Shown in pieces: positions 20,055 through 31,917 of a stretch of 64,000 nt of DNA. This DNA comes from Candidatus Kapaibacterium sp. Lineage in GTDB: Bacteria > Bacteroidota > Ignavibacteria > Kapaibacteriales > UBA2268. Both the position numbers and the translations under genes were made by a program. Under the pieces are notes generated by a model, which was given only the letters and a program-made list of their open reading frames with translations, had not been told where the DNA came from and did no database searches. The stretch is taken from contig OY761611.1 of the NCBI GenBank assembly GCA_963664875.1, forward strand, positions 2,016,001 to 2,080,000, given 5' to 3'. Positions within the stretch are counted from its first letter, which is position 1. Every line of letters starts with the position of its first letter.

Positions 20055-20227
20055 AATAGCAACAAATCAACAAATGTTTGCCAAATAATACCCGCTAATT
20101 TTGCAAAATACAAGGTATTAACAAACTCGATAAAGACGCAGGGTTTGAGTAAAATTACTTTGAAACATAATATTTTTGATTTCGTTTATGTAAATATTAC
20201 AGATTCACAGTTTAGGCGAGGCTATTT

Positions 20228-20938
20228 ATGCAAGTGTTATATAAAGCAGAGGAAAGAGGACATGCAAATCATGGCTGGTTAGACTCCTATCACTCATTTA
20301 GTTTTGCAGGCTATTATGACCCCAAAAAAATGAATTTCGGATCTTTGCGGGTATTGAATGATGATACTATCTCTCCGGGTAGTGGCTTCGATGCGCATCC
20401 CCACGACAATATGGAAATTATATCCATACCTCTTGAAGGGAAATTAGCTCATAAAGACAGTATGGGGAACGGCTCTGTCATTGAGGAGGGCGACATACAG
20501 ATTATGAGTGCAGGGACAGGTATCCTGCATAGTGAATTCAACGGTAGTGATACAGAAATTGGCAAATTCCTGCAGATTTGGATTTTCCCTAAAGAGAGAA
20601 ACATCAAACCAAGATATGACCAGATTTCAATCAGAGATTTGCGAATGGAAAATAAATTGTATCAAATTGTTTCTCCTTACGTCAATGAGCAGGGAGTGCA
20701 AATCATGCAGGATGCTTGGTTTCACATGGGGGAATTTGACGAGGGTGTAACCGAAACTTATAAAATTCGTAAAGAAGGAAACGGTGTTTACATCTTTGTA
20801 ATTGAAGGAAATATAGAAATCAACGGAACGGTATTAAAGGATAGAGATGCTCTGGGAATAAGTGATGCGGAGCTATTAGAAGTAAAATCGAACACAAAAT
20901 CAAAATTTTTAATAATGGACATACCAATGTCGCGATAG
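20228..20938 (+). CDS. Pirin family protein (YhhW-like)
   Basis: WLDSYHSFSFA, HPHDNMEI, MSAGTGILHSE, FLQIWI. Confidence 0.93.
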   Translation: MQVLYKAEERGHANHGWLDSYHSFSFAGYYDPKKMNFGSLRVLNDDTISPGSGFDAHPHDNMEIISIPLEGKLAHKDSMGNGSVIEEGDIQIMSAGTGILHSEFNGSDTEIGKFLQIWIFPKERNIKPRYDQISIRDLRMENKLYQIVSPYVNEQGVQIMQDAWFHMGEFDEGVTETYKIRKEGNGVYIFVIEGNIEINGTVLKDRDALGISDAELLEVKSNTKSKFLIMDIPMSR

Positions 20939-20949
20939 GAGATAAAAAA

Positions 20950-21579
20950 ATGCAACTTTTAGAAAGCCTAAATTGGCGTTATGCTACTAAAAAATTTGAC
21001 TCTACAAAAAAAGTCAATGCTGAAGACTTAGATAAACTTTTAGAAGCAATCAGGCTATCAGCTTCTTCTTATGGATTGCAGCTATTTAAGGTATTCGTGG
21101 TTGAAGATAAAGAAACACGAGAAAAATTAAAAGCGGCAGCATGGAATCAGTCTCAAATTACCGATGCCTCTCAGGTACTCGTATTTTGTAGCCACAGTGA
21201 TGTAACAGCAGAGGATATTGACAATTACATAATCAGAACCACAGAAACAAGAAATTTGGATGTAAATGCTTTGGCTCAATACGGCGAATTCATGAAAGGT
21301 ACAATTTTAGGGCTGGACACCAATGTAAAACAGGCATGGACAGCTCGCCAAACATATATTGCTTTAGGTACTTTACTTGCGGCATGTGCAGAATTGAGAA
21401 TAGATTCATGCCCTATGGAAGGATTTGACAATGCTCAGTTTGATGAAATACTCGGTTTGGAAGCGAAAGGTTTAAAATCTGCAGTTGTAGCAACTATCGG
21501 CTATCGCTCTGAAGAAGACCAATTACAATACGCAGCAAAAGTAAGAAAAAGCAAAGAAGATTTATTCGAAACTATATAA
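20950..21579 (+). CDS. NfsB-like NAD(P)H-dependent nitroreductase
   Basis: WRYATKKFD, SASSYGLQ, IDSCPMEGFD. Confidence 0.92.
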   Translation: MQLLESLNWRYATKKFDSTKKVNAEDLDKLLEAIRLSASSYGLQLFKVFVVEDKETREKLKAAAWNQSQITDASQVLVFCSHSDVTAEDIDNYIIRTTETRNLDVNALAQYGEFMKGTILGLDTNVKQAWTARQTYIALGTLLAACAELRIDSCPMEGFDNAQFDEILGLEAKGLKSAVVATIGYRSEEDQLQYAAKVRKSKEDLFETI

Positions 21580-21603
21580 ATCCGAATATTTTGCTTATAT
21601 TTT

Positions 21604-21644
21604 AACTCCAATCTTTATGATTTCACAGAGATTGGAGTTTTTTT
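21604..21644 (+). terminator. Intrinsic terminator
   Basis: AACTCCAATCT...AGATTGGAGTTTTTTT. Confidence 0.7.
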
Positions 21645-21666
21645 ATATTATTAAGAGAAGGGAAAA

Positions 21667-22068
21667 ATGGAATATTTGGGCTCATGTCTTTGTAGAAAAG
21701 TCAAGTATAAAGTAACCGGTAATATTGATAATTTCTTTCTTTGCCACTGTGGTTATTGCCAAAAAGGGAGTGGCTCCGCACACTCAGCGAATGCCTTTTT
21801 AGGTGATGCCAAATTGGATTGGCTAAGCGGTGCAGAGCTTATTCAATCTTACAAAGTTCCTAATTCACCTCATCAGAGGAGTTTTTGCACAAATTGTGGC
21901 TCTCCCCTGCCTTATATACTTACAGAATGGAATCAGGTAGTTGTACCCGCCGGAAGTGTCGATACAAATATTGATAAAGAACCTAAGGGGCACATATTCA
22001 TTTCCAAAAAAGCAAATTGGGATAGTAATTTGCATAATCTCGACCAATTCGACTCTTTACCGGAATAG
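21667..22068 (+). CDS. GFA/CENP-V family protein
   Basis: GSCLC, CHCGYCQK, RSFCTNCGSPL. Confidence 0.92.
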   Translation: MEYLGSCLCRKVKYKVTGNIDNFFLCHCGYCQKGSGSAHSANAFLGDAKLDWLSGAELIQSYKVPNSPHQRSFCTNCGSPLPYILTEWNQVVVPAGSVDTNIDKEPKGHIFISKKANWDSNLHNLDQFDSLPE

Positions 22069-22095
22069 GAACGTGTTTAAGTACTTTTGTTTCAA

Positions 22096-22646
22096 TTCAA
22101 TTTGGGTTAGTCCTTTAGTTTGGTCGTACAGTGAATACTATGAAGAGAATCATTATGATCAATATGGCTGAAGTCATTATGCTATTTACTTTTGCATTAA
22201 TTGCCATAGTGTTTCTAAGTGTTTCGCCTCTTCTTTTACCGAGTCTGTAATAGAAATAGTAATCATAAACAACAGAAAAGAAAAAGTAGAAGAAGGTAGT
22301 AAACACCCAAATTATAATTTTGTCTAACACACTATCTTCTATAAACTCACTCCTAACCAATAGAAAGCTACTTAATACTCCGGCAGAGACAAAACTTAGT
22401 ATGAAGGAAAATGATTTGTACAAAGTAAATGACCAATACTCCTTATTTGATAAATCTTTCCAAAATATAGCAATAACTACCGAATTTATCATTGATAGAA
22501 AAATACCAACGAAAAACAATATTAGTAACCAGAAAGTGAAGAAAGCAGGACCAAAAGAGTGAGCCCACATCACCTGGGGTAGAAGCAGTGCAAAGATTAC
22601 AAGTAATATCTTAGATTTTAAGTTCAATTCGGGTTAGTCCTTTAGT
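22096..22646. repeat. 24-bp direct repeat pair (22096-22119 and 22623-22646)
   Basis: TTCAATT(T/C)GGGTTAGTCCTTTAGT, 1 mismatch. Confidence 0.75.
22115..22627 (-). CDS. Hypothetical membrane protein
   Basis: Several hydrophobic segments; flanked by a 24-bp direct repeat. Confidence 0.6.
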   Translation of the reverse strand: MNLKSKILLVIFALLLPQVMWAHSFGPAFFTFWLLILFFVGIFLSMINSVVIAIFWKDLSNKEYWSFTLYKSFSFILSFVSAGVLSSFLLVRSEFIEDSVLDKIIIWVFTTFFYFFFSVVYDYYFYYRLGKRRGETLRNTMAINAKVNSIMTSAILIIMILFIVFTVRPN

Positions 22647-22924
22647 GCTTTTTTATTTCCGTACTTCTGATCTAAGTGCATAAAGAAATATCCTACTGCA
22701 TTGCCGAGGGCAAATTTTAGAAGTAGAAAGAGCATATCTATGCCAAGGTAGGGTTTTACTTCATCTGTACCCAAGATTGCCCACATAAAAATCAGGTAGG
22801 CAGTTGCTATCAGAGTTGTCTCTAAAATAAAAAACACCGCCTTTGGGAGCGGTGTCTTATCAGATTTTCTAAGAATCACGCCGTAGCTCCCTTCCGTATA
22901 AAAATGCCGTCGAATGTTTCCCAA
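22634..22924 (-). CDS. Hypothetical membrane protein (possibly the frameshifted 3' part of 22876-23493)
   Basis: Two TM segments; overlaps the upstream ORF by ~50 bp. Confidence 0.45.
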   Translation of the reverse strand: MGNIRRHFYTEGSYGVILRKSDKTPLPKAVFFILETTLIATAYLIFMWAILGTDEVKPYLGIDMLFLLLKFALGNAVGYFFMHLDQKYGNKKALKD

Positions 22925-23493
22925 ATTTTTTCAAATACACCATACATAAACACCCAGCCAATCAGCGAGCATATTGTGTATCCGAAATATCCTTTAAAAT
23001 ATACAATTTTAGGGATTAGTCCCACAGGTGAAAACTGCAAAAGATAAATGTTCCAATCCGTGCCTAAGCTGATAAGGACAAACAGCAAAAATGCTGAGTA
23101 AAAACTGTACTTATCGAACTTGGTAAGATTGAGGTTTTCCGCTTCTTCTCTGTATTCAAAGTTGGTAACTGCCCAATTTGAGATGCGCCTCATGCGGTAA
23201 TAAAGTGCATAAAGACAAAAAGACATAAACGCAACTGTTCCGGAGGTTGATGACACACCCGCAGAATTGCCCATTATCACACCTGAAGAAACATAGCCGG
23301 CACCAATGGCAAGCACAAAATACTGCATATTTCGCAGTATAAATCTGAGCTTTGCCTGATTCATGGCATTTTTCAACATGAACCACGCCGGAATATATAC
23401 CGTCAGATAGTAGAAGGCAAGCAGAAAAAGAAATGTAAAGCCCAAAAAGCCTACATAATAGAAAACACTTTTAATGAGTAACAAAATGTCCAT
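22876..23493 (-). CDS. Hypothetical multi-pass membrane protein
   Basis: About 5 hydrophobic segments. Confidence 0.6.
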   Translation of the reverse strand: MDILLLIKSVFYYVGFLGFTFLFLLAFYYLTVYIPAWFMLKNAMNQAKLRFILRNMQYFVLAIGAGYVSSGVIMGNSAGVSSTSGTVAFMSFCLYALYYRMRRISNWAVTNFEYREEAENLNLTKFDKYSFYSAFLLFVLISLGTDWNIYLLQFSPVGLIPKIVYFKGYFGYTICSLIGWVFMYGVFEKIWETFDGIFIRKGATA

Positions 23494-23572
23494 AAGTACC
23501 TGTCTTTATGAATATTAACCTAATTGGACAATTTAGAAATTTTATTCAAATTAAGGAAGTGTTTTTTTCTAT

Positions 23573-23941
23573 CTACTTCTTAAATATAAAATAAACTGCC
23601 AAAATCAAAAATACAAACCCTACAAAATGATTCCATCGGAAGGTTTCATTCTTGAACAGAAGAAGAGAAAACACTGTAAAAACTGATAATGTGATCACTT
23701 CCTGCAAAACTTTTAGTTCTATCAGGCTAAAACTACCACCATTTTCGATATAACCGAATTTATTTGCCGGCACTTGAAAGCAATATTCAAAAAATGCCAC
23801 GCCCCAACTTATCAGAATTACCATATATAGATTAAGATTTTCAAATCCCTTCCATTCTGCAAATTTCAAATGCCCATACCAGGCAAATGTCATAAATGTA
23901 TTAGAAGCAATAAGCAGTAAAATTGTCCAAATCGCGTTCAT
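23573..23941 (-). CDS. DMT family protein (DMT_6/DUF486)
   Basis: SNTFMTFAWYGHLK, ISWGVAFFEYCFQVPAN, LKVLQEVITL. Confidence 0.92.
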   Translation of the reverse strand: MNAIWTILLLIASNTFMTFAWYGHLKFAEWKGFENLNLYMVILISWGVAFFEYCFQVPANKFGYIENGGSFSLIELKVLQEVITLSVFTVFSLLLFKNETFRWNHFVGFVFLILAVYFIFKK

Positions 23942-23977
23942 AGTTGCGTCCCTTTCCGGATTTAATAAAACTGTTTC

Positions 23978-24835
23978 TTACCCTTTCTGCGTTATAATCA
24001 CACCGCTTATAATCAGCAAACCACCGATCATGAAGATAAAAGATGGGGAATAAGCAAAAAATATCATTGTCAGAATTGTTGTAAATATTGGCTGGATATT
24101 GTTAAATACAGATACTTTTGAAGCATCTATTTTTGTTAGAGCGAGATACCAAAGTGCATAGCCAACTGCGGAGGTAACAGCACCAAGATAGAATATCTGA
24201 AGCCACTGAGTCCCGTTAATTTCTGTAAAAACAAACTCAGCAGGGTGTATCAAATATACAGGGATATAGCTCAAAAGCCCCATAATCATCGCCATACCTG
24301 TCATATAAAATGCCCCGTACTTTCGAGATAAGGTTTTACCAAGTATTGTATAAATTGCCCAAGAGAAGCTGGCAGTTAGAGCCATAATATCTCCAAGAAA
24401 GGAGTCAGAGCTAAAGTCGAATCCCTTTTCTGCGAGAATCAAAACAGTGCCGGCGATTGCAACTCCAATCCCAAGTGTTCGCTTCCAGTTGATTGCTTCC
24501 CGAAGGAAAACTGTTGCAATAATCAGAACAAAAGCAGGAGTTAGTGCGTATGCAAGAGCTACATTTGGTGGAGAGCTCAGCTTCACTCCTGTAAGGAATA
24601 GGAACTGGTTGATTGGAATATTGATAATTCCAAGAATTAGGAATTTCCACCAATCCTCTTTTTCAAGTGGTTTAAGTTTTTTCTTTTGAATTAGTATATA
24701 TCCACCGTAAATTCCGGCAGCGAGCATTGCTCTATATAGTAAAACGGTTGCCGGCGGCAACTCCATAGTAACAGACTTAGCAAGGACGTGAGTGCCCGAA
24801 GCTATAAGCTGTTGCAAAACAAGCAATAGATACAT
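23978..24835 (-). CDS. EamA/DMT family transporter
   Basis: 10-TM duplicated EamA pattern; start reassigned to ATG 24835 (MYLLLV), overlapping the GT4 stop. Confidence 0.88.
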   Translation of the reverse strand: MYLLLVLQQLIASGTHVLAKSVTMELPPATVLLYRAMLAAGIYGGYILIQKKKLKPLEKEDWWKFLILGIINIPINQFLFLTGVKLSSPPNVALAYALTPAFVLIIATVFLREAINWKRTLGIGVAIAGTVLILAEKGFDFSSDSFLGDIMALTASFSWAIYTILGKTLSRKYGAFYMTGMAMIMGLLSYIPVYLIHPAEFVFTEINGTQWLQIFYLGAVTSAVGYALWYLALTKIDASKVSVFNNIQPIFTTILTMIFFAYSPSFIFMIGGLLIISGVIITQKG

Positions 24836-25941
24836 TATTTGAAAATCTCCGAAATCGTGGTGTGCTGTGCTGCATAGTTGTATTTTAATGCAGCTTTTTT
24901 GCATTCGCTTTTATATTTAGCGGAATTATTCAGAAGCAGGCGACACTTTTCTGCGAACTGTTCATTGCTTGCGTTGATTGGAAGAAGCTCGCCAATAGAA
25001 AATTCTAATAATATCCGGCGCATAGCAGGCAAATCAGATACGAGAGACGGCAGCTCAGCCATGGCATATTCAAAAAGTTTATTTGGAAGGGCAAGTTCGT
25101 AAGAAAAACTGATTGGCTCTATATAAACTATCCCAATATCAGCTGAGCAAGTCCATTTGTGTAAATCCTGATAATCAATTTTTCCGATAAAGACTACTCT
25201 GTCCTGAAGGTTTTTGGATTTAATTATCTGCTCGAATTCAGCTTTATAAGAGCCCTCACCTGCAATAGCAAGGTAAGTATTCTCCAAATAATCTAAAGAG
25301 TTTAGAGCAGGAAACAAACCTCTGCCTTTGAGAATCATCCCTTGGTAAAGAATAATTTTAGACTCTGCCGGAAGATTGAAGTTCTCCCGGATTATGTTAG
25401 TGTCTAACTTTTCTTTGGAATAGGGCAGGTTCATTACAAGTGAAAATGGTTTATCTGTGCGAAAATGTTTGATTAGATACTTTGCATCTAAATCACCTGA
25501 AACAACGAGATGGTCAACAAATCGAACATAATACTTTTCGAGGAAAGTAATTACCATTTGTTTAAGTGGTTGTCCTGCAAGAGGGCCGAGAGCAGAATAT
25601 ATCTCTCGGGAATCATAGATAAGCTTAGCTTTAGATTTCTTCGCTACTAAAGAGGCAGCAGGAAGTACATATAAATCGGAAGCCCAGATATATTTCCCTT
25701 TAATATCTAAACCGGAAATCTTCTTTTTAAACTCAGCAATTTGCTTATATACCCTTTGCGATTGCATTGCAACCGGCAGGAACTCAACTCCCTTAGGTAA
25801 GTCGGGCTGCGAGCTTGCGACAGCAACATACAATATGCTTTTTCCGATACTGCTAAGGTAATTGATTAGATTCAATGTCCTTGCATCAGTAACAGGATCA
25901 GTCATTGAGATAAAAATTATATCGTAAGTTTTGCTTGCCAT
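24835..25941 (-). CDS. GT4 family glycosyltransferase
   Basis: YDSRE, YQGMILKGRG, ALPNKLFEYAMAELP; start reassigned to ATG 25941 because the longer ORF runs into the repeat element. Confidence 0.9.
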   Translation of the reverse strand: MASKTYDIIFISMTDPVTDARTLNLINYLSSIGKSILYVAVASSQPDLPKGVEFLPVAMQSQRVYKQIAEFKKKISGLDIKGKYIWASDLYVLPAASLVAKKSKAKLIYDSREIYSALGPLAGQPLKQMVITFLEKYYVRFVDHLVVSGDLDAKYLIKHFRTDKPFSLVMNLPYSKEKLDTNIIRENFNLPAESKIILYQGMILKGRGLFPALNSLDYLENTYLAIAGEGSYKAEFEQIIKSKNLQDRVVFIGKIDYQDLHKWTCSADIGIVYIEPISFSYELALPNKLFEYAMAELPSLVSDLPAMRRILLEFSIGELLPINASNEQFAEKCRLLLNNSAKYKSECKKAALKYNYAAQHTTISEIFK

Positions 25942-25982
25942 AAGTTCTTGATGTACAATGTTGTTAATCCTAACTCTACTGA

Positions 25983-26779
25983 AATAAACCCAAATCCCTA
26001 CTACAAACTTGCGTTTGTGGCAAAAAGGAGCTAACTGTTTGTCTATTTTTTTCTTTATAAATATCATTTAGTCGAAATAATATATATAATATCATAGTAA
26101 ATAGTCCTTGCGTTGCCTATATATATTGCATCAGCACTCCATAATATAGAAATTTGTTTTCAGTAATTTCTTAATTGAATGTGCATCTTACGCTTAAACA
26201 CTAGATGAGGAGAGGAAACAAAGCGTTCTTTTTTCTTTTTCTTTGGTTTCCGTTTCTTTTTCTTTTTTATCGCAAAAAAAAGAAAAAGAAATGGAAAAAG
26301 TAACACTAATCTCTTATTTATATCACCTGTAAAGGAAAGTCTTGCCGCCCTTACAGGGCTCTGTTTACTCAATAGTTGCAACCGTCCCATGGCGCTGCCA
26401 TGGGCTATTATCTATCAGCCTTTCAGGCTGAAAATATATTCTTATTAACCTACATTATTCGACTACAACGTTTAACTAATAAACTCAATATGATTTAAAA
26501 TAATAAAAATTTTCTTCATATCGTTGTCTTTCATTGTAACAACTACTTTCTTGCAATTAGTTAGATGGAAAATGTAATTTGAAAACCCAATTGAGTTATT
26601 ATCTTATTTCTTGGCAAGGGGTTATACTTTGCCTCGAATTTGCTCGGTTTATAATCTCAGCTCAGTTGCCTTTCCCCTTGTTCAATAATGCAACACGTCA
26701 GATTTGCTTACAGAACAAATGGTATCCTTCTCAGACAATAAGTAAAGTAACGAGTAAGTTAGACTTCTAATGACAAATC
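25983..26779. mobile_element. Non-coding repeated element, copy 1 (conserved 25983-26575, then variable segment ending TTCTAATGACAAATC)
   Basis: ~593 bp about 96% identical (counted by eye) to 52490-53083; internal hairpins; shared 15-bp right end. Confidence 0.75.
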
Positions 26780-26784
26780 CGGCT

Positions 26785-28257
26785 TTAAACTGCTTTATAT
26801 ATATAAGCTGATTTGTTTTTATTATGTTTAGGATTCAATTTGTAAAAAACCCAATCCAACAAACTAGGGCTTATTTCGGTTTCTGTAGCTAATTGTATCC
26901 CAAAATCTAATTCTACTTGTTTCACACGCTCTTCCAACTTATCGGCACCGTAAAAGATGTAATAATTTGGTTTTTCGTAAGCATTTGTAACTATGTCTGC
27001 TTTGATTTTATCTGCTTTATTACCTTCAAAAAGTTCGAATACCGGCACTTGTTTGTTTAAGTAGAAAGTAGGTTGTTTTATGCCACCCATGTCACCTGTT
27101 TCGACAACAACTCCTGCAACATCTGACTTCTGCGAAAGATAGTAAAGCGATTCTACTCTGGTCTTTTTACTATAAGTGAAAGTAAATGCTACAAGTATAA
27201 TAGTGTTTGCAATCCAGAACCAGCCCCACATAGCAGACAAAGTTTTTCGTTTATTCGCCCAAAATGTTGATTTCGCAACAAATGCCTCCCAGCCAGTGAT
27301 TCCAAGAATTATAATAAACGGGATGGCAGGCAAAATAAATCTCTCCTGTTTGTTCGGAAAGTAAGAATGGAAGGCAAAAAACAAAAGTACAGGCAAATAA
27401 ATAATGATATTTTCTTTGTAGTTTTTCAGCCATCCGAAGATTAGAAATCCGCTAATTGGTGGTATCAGCAAGCCAAAAAGCAATAACAGATATTGATACC
27501 AAGGTCCGGAAGTATAGTCAGTTCCATGCCCTGCGTTGTACAAAAAGTACTCCAAAGGTGCAGCAAAAGGATAGCCCCAAGCAAGGTAATCTACAATGCC
27601 CTGAGTGAGCGAAACTGAGACAACAAAACCGGATGTAATTAGTAAGGCATTGCTAAATTGTTTCCTGAAAAGGAATACAAGCCCGACTCCACCCAACATT
27701 AGCATTGTGTGGTATCTGAAAATAAATGACAATCCAAACAGGACACCAGCCCAAAAAATATTTTTCCCTTTGTCGTGCTTTACTACAAGATACATAGCCC
27801 AAATCAATGGAGGGATAGTTACCATCTCTATTAGGTTTCTGACACTCATAAACGGGAATATCCCAAAAAGAGCCAAAACCAGCCCCACTTTCTTCGCTGT
27901 TTCTTTATTGCTGATGTGTAGAGCAATCAGATAACCAAAATACACTATCAGCAAGGAATAAAATGCATGAGCAATTCTGACTATATACATTTTTGTTTGA
28001 GGATCATCTATACCAACAGAATTCAGCCCCAAAAAGAGATAATAATGCAAGGAAGGATAAATAATACTGTGCCCATGCGGCTCAGTCCTACTTTCCCAAT
28101 ATGAATAATCAGCAATAATATCATAGGGTTGCTGGATAGGCCCAAAATGATCATCGTGCATACCGTAACCCTTAGCAAAAAATGCTGCTAAAAGTCTTAC
28201 AAGTAATGCAATTATTAAGATTGTACGCAAAGGCTGAGTTTCAAAATATTTTTTCAT
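26785..28257 (-). CDS. GT-C membrane glycosyltransferase (Alg9/PMT-like mannosyltransferase)
   Basis: GMHDDHF, SVRNLIEM, HSYFPNKQERFILP; many TMs. Confidence 0.8.
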   Translation of the reverse strand: MKKYFETQPLRTILIIALLVRLLAAFFAKGYGMHDDHFGPIQQPYDIIADYSYWESRTEPHGHSIIYPSLHYYLFLGLNSVGIDDPQTKMYIVRIAHAFYSLLIVYFGYLIALHISNKETAKKVGLVLALFGIFPFMSVRNLIEMVTIPPLIWAMYLVVKHDKGKNIFWAGVLFGLSFIFRYHTMLMLGGVGLVFLFRKQFSNALLITSGFVVSVSLTQGIVDYLAWGYPFAAPLEYFLYNAGHGTDYTSGPWYQYLLLLFGLLIPPISGFLIFGWLKNYKENIIIYLPVLLFFAFHSYFPNKQERFILPAIPFIIILGITGWEAFVAKSTFWANKRKTLSAMWGWFWIANTIILVAFTFTYSKKTRVESLYYLSQKSDVAGVVVETGDMGGIKQPTFYLNKQVPVFELFEGNKADKIKADIVTNAYEKPNYYIFYGADKLEERVKQVELDFGIQLATETEISPSLLDWVFYKLNPKHNKNKSAYIYKAV

Positions 28258-28280
28258 TGTTTTTCTTTAAAATGGGAATC

Positions 28281-29363
28281 TTATCGTATTGTTTTGTTGA
28301 CTCTGAAGTCTATAGCTTTTTCAAATTCAGGAACTTCAAAAACTGTTTCACCGGATTTGTTGATATAAGCTTTTAAGTTGTTTTCTTTAGCGGACACATA
28401 AGCTATCCCATTGGCAAAATCAAGGGCATAATTATATACTGATGCAATTGCTACTTGGCCTTCATAATTGAGGTATCCGAGTTTTCCATCTTTCATAACC
28501 AAAGCCATAGAATCATTGTAGTCTGAAGCCCAATCATAGACGACTTCACATAAGCGCTCACCGGATTTATTGATATATGCATACTTAAATTTGTAATTGT
28601 GATCAGCAAATCCGACTACAGCTCTGCCTTCTTTAAAAGGCTTTGCCAGATCAAATTGTTTTTCAATTACATAATTACCGGTAGTGTCAATAAATCCAAC
28701 TTTATCATAGACTAAAGCATGAGCGAGGCCTTCTGAAAACTCACCCGGTTCGTCAAATTTCATATCAATTACAATCTCACCGGCAGTGTTCATATACCCG
28801 CACTTCAGAGCTTTTGTAGTAATGCAGGCAAGTCCTTCGGAATAAGGATAGCCGACAAGAGAATCTAAGGTAAGTACTTTGTTACCACTTCTATCTAAAT
28901 AAAATTTATTTTTTTCAAAATCCATGCAGTATGCTCTTCCCTCTTTGAAATCGGAAGCATAAATTAGATTTACAGGCACTACCACTTTGCCCGTGGTATC
29001 GATGAAACCAAACTGTTTCGATTTTTTATATTCGCCTACTATCTTAAGAATAACAGCTCTGCCTTCTTTAAAATCTTTTACAAGGTCAGCCTCCGGCACT
29101 ATTGTAACTTTGCCGTCTCTATTAGCATAAGCCCATTGATTAGGGTATTTAGGATGTGTTTCATCAAATTTTAAGGTATAAAAACCCTCACTATAGGATG
29201 TAATTTTTTCGACATGAGGCAGTTCAAACAGCTTTTCACCATCATGATTTATCACATACCAAAGATTATCTTTTTTATATCCCATAAGAGGTTCATTTGC
29301 AAAATCCTCAGAAAAGAGGCTTACGGTAAGCAAGATAAACAATGCGGCTACAAAATATTTCAT
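28281..29363 (-). CDS. WG-repeat protein
   Basis: Repeated F.EG.A.V.....GFIDTTG units; signal peptide. Confidence 0.9.
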   Translation of the reverse strand: MKYFVAALFILLTVSLFSEDFANEPLMGYKKDNLWYVINHDGEKLFELPHVEKITSYSEGFYTLKFDETHPKYPNQWAYANRDGKVTIVPEADLVKDFKEGRAVILKIVGEYKKSKQFGFIDTTGKVVVPVNLIYASDFKEGRAYCMDFEKNKFYLDRSGNKVLTLDSLVGYPYSEGLACITTKALKCGYMNTAGEIVIDMKFDEPGEFSEGLAHALVYDKVGFIDTTGNYVIEKQFDLAKPFKEGRAVVGFADHNYKFKYAYINKSGERLCEVVYDWASDYNDSMALVMKDGKLGYLNYEGQVAIASVYNYALDFANGIAYVSAKENNLKAYINKSGETVFEVPEFEKAIDFRVNKTIR

Positions 29364-29663
29364 AGGATTCCCAAAATATACACTTTACATAATAACTAAT
29401 TTACTCAAAAATCTACAGTATAGAAAATCTATCTGATAGACAAAGTTAATAGAGAAAAGTCTCAAGAATCGATAAAATATTAATTTGACAAGAGAAATGC
29501 TTAAATGAGGTAGTGTGCGATGCTATATCTCTCGAATCGCCAAACATCACTGGATTATTGAACCCATAGGAATATGAGCTAAAACTTGGAAATAATCAAA
29601 AGAGCTTATTATAAAATGCTGCCATAATATTTAATATAATAGCAGCATTTATGGTCCTATATT

Positions 29664-29987
29664 TTACTCTTCTTCCGGGAGTTGATCTATAAAGTCATAT
29701 ATATTTTCGAAAAATATATCCCATGCTTTAGATTTGTCATTGTCTGCAGGTCCACAAAGAATACAATATGACCACCACATGGTATAATATTTTAATTGAT
29801 ACTTTTTGTTTATAAATTGTTGAAATAACAAATTGTAATTGTGGCTATTAGCAATAGACAATCCTCGAAACAACCCGTTTGTAAATACCTCCAAATAAGA
29901 ATAATCTTTTTCCATTGGAAAAAATTGTGGCTGCACTTCTAGAATTTTAAGCATTTTAACTACATTGATTTTATCTGTATTTTTCAT
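29664..29987 (-). CDS. Small hypothetical protein, probable orphan immunity protein
   Basis: 107 aa, low GC, directly downstream of a decayed Rhs-core/toxin fragment. Confidence 0.55.
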   Translation of the reverse strand: MKNTDKINVVKMLKILEVQPQFFPMEKDYSYLEVFTNGLFRGLSIANSHNYNLLFQQFINKKYQLKYYTMWWSYCILCGPADNDKSKAWDIFFENIYDFIDQLPEEE

Positions 29988-30021
29988 TATTATCTACTCG
30001 AATTTTAACCAATAAGAATTG

Positions 30022-30255
30022 TTAAATATTGTTTTGTGTTTTTCTAAACCCATGTCCATCAGATTTTGTTATTCTATCATACTTCTTTGCAGCTTTGTAA
30101 TTGGGTTTGCCAAACATAACAGGCTTTTTGAAAGTTGAAAGAGTATGAGTTATATCCGGTAAACATTTCAAAGAGCTGGTCCGTTTTCTATAAAACCGTC
30201 CCATATTCGGAGCGTAATATCTTGCTCCAGCTGATAAAAATCAGATTTAGTAGCA
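30022..30255 (-). pseudogene. Decayed Rhs-core/toxin-tip remnant
   Basis: Minus strand reads KSDFYQL/(frameshift)GARYYAPNMGRF, matching the Rhs-core GARYYDPxxGRF motif; frame ends at 30022. Confidence 0.6.
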
Positions 30256-30401
30256 AAACCTACATCTTTTGCTCAAATCGAATGAGCTACAATTTGTTTG
30301 CCAAAAAACATCTTAAACGAATCTTTACATCTTCACAAAAATGTATGAAATCTCTTTACATTAATTTCATTTTAATATCTGCAGGAAATTCCGTATATTG
30401 A

Positions 30402-31898
<1,497 letters not shown>

Positions 31899-31917
31899 AT
31901 AATAGCAGCAAAAAACT

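Noticed and set aside
26160-26390. Lys-rich small ORFs (also 52682-52879)
   Set aside because: They translate the poly-T/poly-A hairpin of the repeated element; starts and ends differ between copies
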